Virus record (IMG/VR): IMGVR_UViG_3300027690_000096
Source of the DNA: a virus
DNA length: 64,000 nt
Reading direction: 5' to 3' (one strand)
Shown here: piece after piece, positions 56,722 through 64,000 of the stretch
Layout: every line of letters starts with the position of its first letter
Position numbering within the stretch: position 1 is the stretch's first letter
The notes under the pieces: generated by a model
The model's database searches: none
What the model was told of the DNA's origin: nothing
The model's input: the letters and a program-made list of their open reading frames with translations, nothing else
Made by a program: the position numbers and the translations under genes

Positions 56722-58781
56722 CCACCTTCAGAAATATAATAGACTCATATTACTATGAATCTCTTATTGAATCTGTTAGGAATGGGAATAAATTCTTTGT
56801 GATAGATTTCCAAGATATTTCTAAGAGCAATATTGAACTTGCAGATGATTTGCTTGAAAACCCTGAAGAATGCCTTAAATCTGCAGGTATAGCAATATCT
56901 CAGTTTGACCTTCCTGTTTCACATACACCAGACATAATAATAAGAATCAAGAATCTTCCAAAAATACAAATAAAAAGAATAAGAGACCTCAGAAGCAAAC
57001 ATATTGGAAAATTTATCTGTTTAGAAGGAACTATAAGACAAAAGAGCGAGATAAGACCTCAGATAATCGCGGCAAAATTTGAATGTCCATCTTGTGGTAA
57101 CATCATACCAACTCTTCAGATTGACAGTAAATTTAAAGAACCAAATCACTGTGGTTGCGGAAGAAGAGGAAAATTTAGGATGATATCAAAAGACCTGATT
57201 GACGCTCAAAACGTAAAGCTTGAAGAAGACATTGACGCTCTTGACGGAGGAGAGCAACCAAAAAGACTTAACATATTCATGCAAGATGATTTAATCACTC
57301 CTCTGCTTGAGAAAAGAGCTTACCCAGGCTCAAAAATAAAGGTTAACGGGTATCTAAAAGAAACTCCAGTAATCCTAAAAAACGGTGGAAAAAGCACAAG
57401 ATTAGAATGGATATTTGAAGCCAATTATTTTGAATCAATTAATGAGGATTTTGGTGAAGTCAAGATAAGCGATAATGAAAAGATGGAAATCGAAATTATG
57501 TCTCAGGAAGATGATATAATCCATCGCTTAGTAAAATCAATCGCTCCTTCAATATATGGGCATGAAAGAATCAAAGAAGCCCTTCTTATTCAGCTTGTCG
57601 GAGGAGTTAAGAAATACCAGCAAGACGGAATGAAGATTAGAGGGGATATGCATGTCCTTCTTATAGGCGACCCAGGTTCTGGAAAATCTCAATTATTAAA
57701 GAGAATAAACAAAATCGCCCCAAAATCAAGATTTATAAGCGGTAAAGGTGCATCAGCCGCAGGACTAACGGCATCCGTAGTAAGAGATGATTTTATGGGT
57801 GGCTGGGCGCTTGAAGCTGGGGCATTAGTTCTAGCAAACAAAGGACTAATCTGTATTGACGAGCTTGACAAGATGTCAAAAGATGACACAAGCGCAATGC
57901 ACGAGGCCCTTGAAGGACAGCTTGTCACAATCTCAAAAGCTAATATTCAAGCAACTTTGAAATGCGAAACAACAGTCCTTGCAGCAGCCAACCCTAAGTT
58001 TGGTAAATTTGACCTTCACGCAAAAACAATAGCAGACCAGTTTGAACTGCCTTCGACATTGATAAATAGGTTTGACTTGATATTTCCTATAAAGGATATA
58101 CCAGACAACAAAAAAGATGAGAAATTAGCTAAATTCCTGATTAATGTCCACATAAAATCTAATAATCATAAAACTAATAATCAAAATACAGAGACCTCAA
58201 ATAATGTAAATAAGCAAATCATAGATAATAATAATATAATTGACACTGATATGCTTCGCAAATATATTGCCTATGTAAGAACATTAACACCTATAATAAC
58301 TGAAGAAGCAAGTAAGCAATTCGTTCAATATTATCTCAAGATGAGACAAAGCGGTTTAAAGGAAGGTTCAGTTAAATCTATACCTATATCAGCAAGACAG
58401 CTCGAAGGGCTTATAAGAATGTCAGAAGCATTTGCAAAACTAAGAATGCGAGATAAGGTAACAATTGAAGATGCGAATCAGGCAATAAACCTTCTTGATT
58501 TTTGTTTAAATCAAATAGCTTTTGATGATCAGACTGGAACGATTGACATAGACAGGATAACAACAGGCATAACAGCAAGCTCAAGAAACAATATTTCTAT
58601 CTTGAAAGATATAATTAATACGCTTGAAGATAAGTTTGGGAAATGTATTCCTATAAGCGAGATATCACTTGTTGCATCAGATAGAGGAATATCAGAAGAT
58701 AATCTTGAACCTACTCTTGATAAACTAAAAAAGGCAGGTGATGTATTCGAACCGAGAAGAGGATTTATTTCAAAATTTTGA
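56700..58781 (+). CDS. mcm: Archaeal MCM replicative helicase
   Basis: GDPGSGKS Walker A, IDELDKM Walker B, AAANPK.G.F, LINRFD and ISARQLE arginine motifs, Zn finger, C-terminal wHTH. Confidence 0.98.
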   Translation: METETQITTFRNIIDSYYYESLIESVRNGNKFFVIDFQDISKSNIELADDLLENPEECLKSAGIAISQFDLPVSHTPDIIIRIKNLPKIQIKRIRDLRSKHIGKFICLEGTIRQKSEIRPQIIAAKFECPSCGNIIPTLQIDSKFKEPNHCGCGRRGKFRMISKDLIDAQNVKLEEDIDALDGGEQPKRLNIFMQDDLITPLLEKRAYPGSKIKVNGYLKETPVILKNGGKSTRLEWIFEANYFESINEDFGEVKISDNEKMEIEIMSQEDDIIHRLVKSIAPSIYGHERIKEALLIQLVGGVKKYQQDGMKIRGDMHVLLIGDPGSGKSQLLKRINKIAPKSRFISGKGASAAGLTASVVRDDFMGGWALEAGALVLANKGLICIDELDKMSKDDTSAMHEALEGQLVTISKANIQATLKCETTVLAAANPKFGKFDLHAKTIADQFELPSTLINRFDLIFPIKDIPDNKKDEKLAKFLINVHIKSNNHKTNNQNTETSNNVNKQIIDNNNIIDTDMLRKYIAYVRTLTPIITEEASKQFVQYYLKMRQSGLKEGSVKSIPISARQLEGLIRMSEAFAKLRMRDKVTIEDANQAINLLDFCLNQIAFDDQTGTIDIDRITTGITASSRNNISILKDIINTLEDKFGKCIPISEISLVASDRGISEDNLEPTLDKLKKAGDVFEPRRGFISKF

Positions 58782-58880
58782 CCTTTAATAGTATATACTA
58801 AACCTTACTAACCCTTGCTAGTAAAATAAAATAACTAATAATAGTAGTTTTTAAAACAAAACAAACAGATAGGTGAAACT

Positions 58881-59111
58881 ATGCCACATGAAGAACAAAG
58901 AACAAAGAAAGAATGTCCTCTTCTTAACGGAAGTATGACTGGTCGCCTAATGAGTGATTACATGAGAGGGGATAAAGGAATTGATGTAAACAAAACCAGA
59001 AGAATGACAGAATTAGAAAAGGCATTTGTTAAACAAATAAAAAAAAAGCTTGCTCTCAAGAATCAGAGAGCAAGCATTACAAAAACTGAATCTTCAGAAA
59101 TTGAGGTCTAA
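58881..59111 (+). CDS. Small hypothetical protein
   Basis: AGGTGA RBS; ORF track. Confidence 0.5.
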   Translation: MPHEEQRTKKECPLLNGSMTGRLMSDYMRGDKGIDVNKTRRMTELEKAFVKQIKKKLALKNQRASITKTESSEIEV

Positions 59112-59958
59112 AATTCCATCTTCAAAACACCATCTTTTCACTCCTTACACTCCAGAAGGAAAACAATTCATTGAGATGTATAATTCTGCAGATAAAGTTG
59201 GAATCCAAAAAAGGCTTTCGCAACATTTTAGCATCAGCATCCCTACAGTCTACAGGATAAGGAAAAACCTGAAACTGCCAGACTTTCATGACAAAAAGAA
59301 TCATCCTGGTAAAATTAATCTTATGAAACGAATAAGAAAGCTTTATATTAATAAAGAGAGAAGCACTATCCAGATAGGTCAAATATTAAGAATCTCGTCT
59401 GAAAAAGTAAGATACATGCTGTTAAAGATGAGAGTCACATTACGACCTTCTCATGTCACAAATCCATCCTACTATAAAACTAGGCAGACCAAATTCACTC
59501 CTTATCAGCTCTTGCAACAAATACGGAACTTGTATCTCTATGAACATCTTCCAATACTGCATATCTCAAATAGATTAGGGATAAGTGAGGAATCAGTCCG
59601 AACCAAACTTAAAGCTATGAAAATCCATAAACCAAGAAAATTAGATTATTCGACATTAACAAAGGCTAACTGTCAATGGTGCAACACATTATTTCCGCAA
59701 TACATCAGTAAAGGCCCCAAAACTCAGAGATACTGCTCTCCAAGATGTTCTAACAAGGCAAAAGATTATCGTAGGATTATTAAGGACAGAATCTCGCATG
59801 AAAAAAGGATTAAATCTATGGAAGATTCTCTAAAGAACACTTGGAAGGACAAATTTGAAGAAATAAAGGATAAAATCCTCTCAGTCAAACCCGCTCGAAC
59901 TCAAAAGATTCAGCTCAATAATTCTCTACATTGCAAACAAACATATCAAGAAGCTTGA
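59050..59958 (+). CDS. Protein with three HTH repeats and a C4 Zn finger
   Basis: SISIPTVYRIR, RISSEKVRYML, GISEESVRTKL; CQWC...YCSPRC. Confidence 0.65.
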   Translation: MLSRIREQALQKLNLQKLRSKIPSSKHHLFTPYTPEGKQFIEMYNSADKVGIQKRLSQHFSISIPTVYRIRKNLKLPDFHDKKNHPGKINLMKRIRKLYINKERSTIQIGQILRISSEKVRYMLLKMRVTLRPSHVTNPSYYKTRQTKFTPYQLLQQIRNLYLYEHLPILHISNRLGISEESVRTKLKAMKIHKPRKLDYSTLTKANCQWCNTLFPQYISKGPKTQRYCSPRCSNKAKDYRRIIKDRISHEKRIKSMEDSLKNTWKDKFEEIKDKILSVKPARTQKIQLNNSLHCKQTYQEA

Positions 59959-60262
59959 TTCCCAAGTTATTGAGAGCTTTCAAAACAATCGACATTTTCT
60001 CAGGCTCGTATTTCTTCAGCATCACTTCCTGTTGAACAATCCTGTCAGATATAAGCCTTCCATTCTTAACAACCGTTTCAGACACAATATAACTATCGCC
60101 TGGTCTAAGCGGACTAAGGATAACATTATCGCCTATTTCCTTAAGCCTTATATCTGCAAAAATCACATCCGATGAAAAAAGGCAAAATAACAATGAGAAA
60201 ATCATCAAGCCAACAACTATAGCAATCCAACTCATTTTTCTTCTTTTGAGTATTTTCTGCAT
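59915..60262 (-). CDS. Small membrane-anchored/secreted protein (start MQKIL, chosen over the track start 60397)
   Basis: AAGGAGGA RBS at 60270-60277; N-terminal TM. Confidence 0.55.
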   Translation of the reverse strand: MQKILKRRKMSWIAIVVGLMIFSLLFCLFSSDVIFADIRLKEIGDNVILSPLRPGDSYIVSETVVKNGRLISDRIVQQEVMLKKYEPEKMSIVLKALNNLGIKLLDMFVCNVENY

Positions 60263-60433
60263 GACAATATCCTCCTTAGTGACAGGATTATAACATGTTT
60301 CATAACAGGATTCATAACATGAACTCCATACAATTAAGTTATGTAAGAAAAAAGAATATGTCAAGCAAAAAACATAACAACTATCCAATAATTTCAAACA
60401 TTTATATTGAGTTTAAACTAAAAAATGTTAAAG

Positions 60434-61726
60434 TCAATGCACTGATAGGACTATCTGCCCGTGACCAAAAAGAAAACATTCGCCTTGCATAAACCCAAAT
60501 ATTATATCTTTATTCATGAAAATCATCTCATTGCTTGGCTCGATCCGATATGCCACCTCTATATAATGCTTCGCGTTATAAGAATCGCCTGAACTAAAAA
60601 AGCAGACAGCAATATTATTATTCAATGATGCATCTTCGGGATATGTTTCCAACAATATTCTATAAATCTCCAAAGACTTTTGTGTATGACCTGTATGACT
60701 ATAAACTAATGCTAAATGACTTATCGTATAAAAGTTTCCTTCACTTATGGCATTCGCTCTCTCTAAAGTCTTGACAGCTTTCATATAATCCTTATCTGCA
60801 ATATATGATATACCTAAATTAGTCAAAATATTACTATCTTTTGGTAGAATAGCCTCAGCAGTTTCAAGCAACCCTACTGATTCCTTTATTTTATCGAGAT
60901 TGAAATAAGCCAAAGCTAAATTATTGATTATATTTGCATCTTTTGGATTGATCTGGTCAGCTTTCTCTAATACAAACATCGCTTTATAGAACTGCTTAGT
61001 CCTCAGATACGATTCTCCGAGATTGCAAAGGATAGAAATATTTCTATTATCATTGTCATCCTCATTGTCATTAACATTAGCATTAGCATTAGCCTTATCA
61101 TTAATTAAATCGTTAGCCTTCTCAAGATAATTTATTGCTTCATTGAACAAACCTCTCTTCATGTAAACAACACCTAATAGATTCATCACTTCAGTATTGT
61201 CTGGGTCAATCTGTAAAACCATTTGCGAATATTCAATTGACTTATGATATTCTTTCATAAGGAAATAAATGTAAGCCAGCCTTGATATGAAATCCTTATT
61301 ATCTGGATAATATTTGTTCAGTAAATTAAAAGCTTTTAACGAGTTATCAAGCAATCCCTTCGCTAGACATCTATCTCCTATATCAATAATCAGTTGAATC
61401 GCTTCAATCTCTGGTCTGCTTTGATTGACAATCAGTATATCCTGTAAGCATCCGAGAGCCTCATCAAACTTTTTGTATTTCTTGAAATCATTGGCTTCTA
61501 TTAATTTGCTTTCGATAAAATCTTTTTGCAAATCATTGAAAGCATTTGATTTATAGAGTCTCTGGAAAAATTCAAAGTTATTCCTGCACTCCTCACACTC
61601 GAAAGAATGTTCTTCCATCTCATATTTAATCTTCCAGTCAAGCTCATGGTTGACAAAATACTCGAATAAATACTGATTGAATTTAGAGCAGTCCATAACT
61701 TCTCTCAGTGAAGATATCATAACCAT
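60434..61726 (-). CDS. zf-HC2 anti-sigma domain fused to TPR repeats
   Basis: MDC......Y....L.......EEHSFECEECR (HxxxCxxC) followed by many TPRs. Confidence 0.85.
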   Translation of the reverse strand: MVMISSLREVMDCSKFNQYLFEYFVNHELDWKIKYEMEEHSFECEECRNNFEFFQRLYKSNAFNDLQKDFIESKLIEANDFKKYKKFDEALGCLQDILIVNQSRPEIEAIQLIIDIGDRCLAKGLLDNSLKAFNLLNKYYPDNKDFISRLAYIYFLMKEYHKSIEYSQMVLQIDPDNTEVMNLLGVVYMKRGLFNEAINYLEKANDLINDKANANANVNDNEDDNDNRNISILCNLGESYLRTKQFYKAMFVLEKADQINPKDANIINNLALAYFNLDKIKESVGLLETAEAILPKDSNILTNLGISYIADKDYMKAVKTLERANAISEGNFYTISHLALVYSHTGHTQKSLEIYRILLETYPEDASLNNNIAVCFFSSGDSYNAKHYIEVAYRIEPSNEMIFMNKDIIFGFMQGECFLFGHGQIVLSVH

Positions 61727-62498
61727 ATTTTTCTTTTGCGCGATTCCTCACACATTTTGCCATATATGAATTTGCTTGAGATATTATCCGATTAATCCAA
61801 TTAGGAGATTTCTTTATTTCCCTGCTTATCATACCTCCTGACATATTCTTGAAATAATGGCACACCATTATATAATAGTCTTGTTCAATATTCTTTTCAG
61901 GTCTGCTTGACTTCCATCTATCAAGGCAATTAAAAAACATCTTAATATTTTTCTTATACTCTTTTTTTATGTTCAGCGATTCAGGATTATCTTCAACAGG
62001 CTTATAATGGCTTAACAAAACATCATCATCAATATCAGATTCATCATCAGAAGCCTCATTTCTCAAGCTTGACACATTGACTTCTTTATACATCCTGCCT
62101 CTTTGGATTGTCTCATTCACTCGCACAACATATTTAGCTTCTTTGACACTTATATTTTCTTTATCAGCCATATAATCAACTTTCTGCTGAAAATCTTTTA
62201 TCTCCCTCGCTTTAATCATATTAAGCCCTACTTGATTCTTCAGACATGTTTTTATTGCTTTCATGCAATAAAATGCATAATAAGACTTGTTCTCTATTTT
62301 TCTGGATTTGTCTTTCAGAATCTCGACATATGTATCATTTACAACATCCTCAATCAATTCATTGCCTAATATATCAGCCCCAGCCAAACGGACAACAATA
62401 GCTTTAATATATCTGTAATCCTCGACAGAATTTATATCAAAATATTTTTTACTGCCTGTAATCTGTTTTTTGTCTGCTTCTGGCAATTCTCTCTCCAA
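61683..62498 (-). CDS. ECF-type sigma factor-like protein
   Basis: Region 2-like IEDVVNDTYVEIL; region 4-like HYFKNMSGGMISREIKKSPNWINRIISQA; directly upstream of the zf-HC2 gene. Confidence 0.65.
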   Translation of the reverse strand: MERELPEADKKQITGSKKYFDINSVEDYRYIKAIVVRLAGADILGNELIEDVVNDTYVEILKDKSRKIENKSYYAFYCMKAIKTCLKNQVGLNMIKAREIKDFQQKVDYMADKENISVKEAKYVVRVNETIQRGRMYKEVNVSSLRNEASDDESDIDDDVLLSHYKPVEDNPESLNIKKEYKKNIKMFFNCLDRWKSSRPEKNIEQDYYIMVCHYFKNMSGGMISREIKKSPNWINRIISQANSYMAKCVRNRAKEKYGYDIFTERSYGLL

Positions 62499-62611
62499 AA
62501 TAATCTTTTCAAAAAAAAATTTTAAAAATTAAAAAAAATGTTCCTGTTTTGGATTTTGCGCAACCTTAGTAAGCAAGAAAGAATTAATACAAACTAAATC
62601 GAGGTTTTGTC

Positions 62612-63133
62612 ATGATAGATTATGAGAACTATCCAGATTCAAGCCAGGATGTCAAGCAAAATCCTGATATCAGGCAAACCGAGCCTGGCATAACCCTCAA
62701 CACCCAAAAAATCAAAGTCCTTCTAACAACTGAAGAGGTATTGAGGATAAACAGCGAATCAGGTTTTCCTTCAATAAGAGAATCTGTCAGAGAGATAAAT
62801 GGACAACCAGTTGAAGTCATTGAAGAACTGTATCGCATTGACCCTATCGGAAGAGTCATACGCAATGATGACTTTGCAGGCATAAGTTGGCTGATGAAGA
62901 AAATAATCCCTTCAGACCTTATCGCAATCTGTCCAGGTTATTTCGGGGTTCATCAAGACCCAAGGCAACTATGCTTGTTTGTTGACGGTTTTCCAATAAC
63001 CTTTGAACCTGATTTTGAAGACAGTGAGCTTGCAGGGAAAACCCTATCATTCTGTTCTACATGCCATAAAATCTTTAGCGAGCATGTCAAATGGTATAAA
63101 CGAAGCAGTTGGCTTTTCCCACTGCACATCTGA
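62612..63133 (+). CDS. Hypothetical protein
   Basis: GAGGT RBS; ORF track. Confidence 0.55.
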   Translation: MIDYENYPDSSQDVKQNPDIRQTEPGITLNTQKIKVLLTTEEVLRINSESGFPSIRESVREINGQPVEVIEELYRIDPIGRVIRNDDFAGISWLMKKIIPSDLIAICPGYFGVHQDPRQLCLFVDGFPITFEPDFEDSELAGKTLSFCSTCHKIFSEHVKWYKRSSWLFPLHI

Positions 63134-63182
63134 TTGATGTAACTTTGTAAAGCAAGGAAAATTTCAAAACAGGATAAATGCG

Positions 63183-64000
63183 ATGCTTAAGCCAGCCAGA
63201 AAATCAGGTTTAGAATCTTTTGAATATTGGAACGACATCATTGAAACTCTTGACATGGGCGGTATGACTAGAGACCCATTAATACTCAAGGCTTGTAAGC
63301 TTTGCAACGAAACAGGGTATTATAAGCTACTTCGAGATATTCTAACAAGAAAACCTCAAATCCTTATGGCTGCAAAGCGAAACATATCTGAACAGAAAAA
63401 GTTTCCTTTCATGCCTTATCCTTGGAAACGTAAAGATTTAGCAAAGCTTTCAGGCAAATATGACATCGGCATAATAAACAACAATGGCGACCGAGCAGGA
63501 TTAGACCCTATTGATTTCACAAGAGGTTTATTCATCTGCGGTGAGACAGGCTCAGGAAAATCCTATCCGTCTTTAAGGCTGATGAAACAGATATTCTCTG
63601 AACCGATCGATAAGAGAGGCTTTAATGTAATCGTTGTTCAGTCTGTCAAGCGAGATGCAGATTTTTTGCTAAATACAAACAAAGATATAGTCATCCTTGA
63701 TTGGCAGGACATTCGAAGGTCTCCTTTATTTGTTGAACCTTGGGACAAACAAGCCTCAAAAATCAGTTCTTTTTGTGATGTTTACTCATCTGTCAATTGG
63801 TTAATGATGCACGGTCAACCTCTTCTAAGCAACACATTGAAAATATGCCTTAACAAATTCGGCAACGACACAAACTTTGAACATCTGTTTGACCATGTTG
63901 ACCTTTCAGCAAAATACATCGGTCTTCTTGGACCAGAACACCGCAACTCCAGAGACCATTTGAAGTTCTCTTTATTCTCTTTCAAAGAGACGGGCAGTAT
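63183..64000 (+). CDS. HerA/DUF87-like P-loop ATPase, 3'-truncated by the window (not in ORF track)
   Basis: Hand translation is open from ATG 63183 to the window end; GLFICGETGSGKS Walker A at about 63540-63563. Confidence 0.8.
   Translation, partial: MLKPARKSGLESFEYWNDIIETLDMGGMTRDPLILKACKLCNETGYYKLLRDILTRKPQILMAAKRNISEQKKFPFMPYPWKRKDLAKLSGKYDIGIINNNGDRAGLDPIDFTRGLFICGETGSGKSYPSLRLMKQIFSEPIDKRGFNVIVVQSVKRDADFLLNTNKDIVILDWQDIRRSPLFVEPWDKQASKISSFCDVYSSVNWLMMHGQPLLSNTLKICLNKFGNDTNFEHLFDHVDLSAKYIGLLGPEHRNSRDHLKFSLFSFKETGS

Larger units (their letters stand above)
1..64000. mobile_element. Fragment of a large archaeal virus/plasmid-like element with interleaved bacterial ICE-like blocks
   Basis: MCM operon, long co-oriented membrane/surface protein block, many small phage-like ORFs, RM and leading-region genes; no housekeeping genes, rRNA or tRNA seen. 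Confidence 0.75.

Noticed and set aside
1786-62883. Many antisense or nested ORFs in the six-frame track (e.g. 2540-2725, 17317-17799, 23397-23786, 52513-52887, 57689-57928)
   Set aside because: They overlap better-supported genes on the opposite strand, lack an RBS and show shadow-ORF composition.
1-64000. tRNA, rRNA, integrase/att site or terminal repeats
   Set aside because: No T-loop or cloverleaf, no tyrosine or serine recombinase motifs and no end-to-end repeat were noticed. The element's boundaries appear to lie outside the window.

Overview
This 64-kb window looks like part of a large mobile element (virus or plasmid), not a cellular chromosome. I found no rRNA, tRNA, integrase or housekeeping operon. 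It is a cross-domain mosaic with four kinds of content. (1) An archaeal-type core: an MCM helicase operon (55.8-58.8 kb) preceded by a phased array of ACTCTCCG-N-CGGAGAGT palindromes (candidate origin), canonical BRE-TATA promoters, and a co-oriented minus-strand block (29.0-53.4 kb) of membrane and secreted proteins. That block includes glycosylation-rich modular spike-like proteins, several K[KR]G prepilin-like N-termini, a CPBP-type intramembrane protease and a degenerate FtsK/HerA-type ATPase, but no terminase, portal or HK97 capsid that I can recognise. (2) Runs of small phage-like genes, including a DUF4942 methyltransferase. (3) Bacterial-type blocks: AbrB, ArsR, a YhdJ-type methylase with a convergent putative endonuclease, two SLOG proteins, HerA/DUF87 ATPases, DUF2958, RadC/JAB, SprT and an ECF sigma/anti-sigma pair. 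Two of these genes have TTGACA-N17 sigma70 promoters. (4) Several odd mimic-like genes, such as a stand-alone copy of the MCM zinc finger and a kleisin (ScpA)-like C-terminal motif. A DPANN (Woesearchaeota/Pacearchaeota-like) host for the core and a deltaproteobacterial source for the bacterial blocks are my inferences from remembered family motifs, not from database searches. An assembly chimera cannot be excluded from sequence alone.
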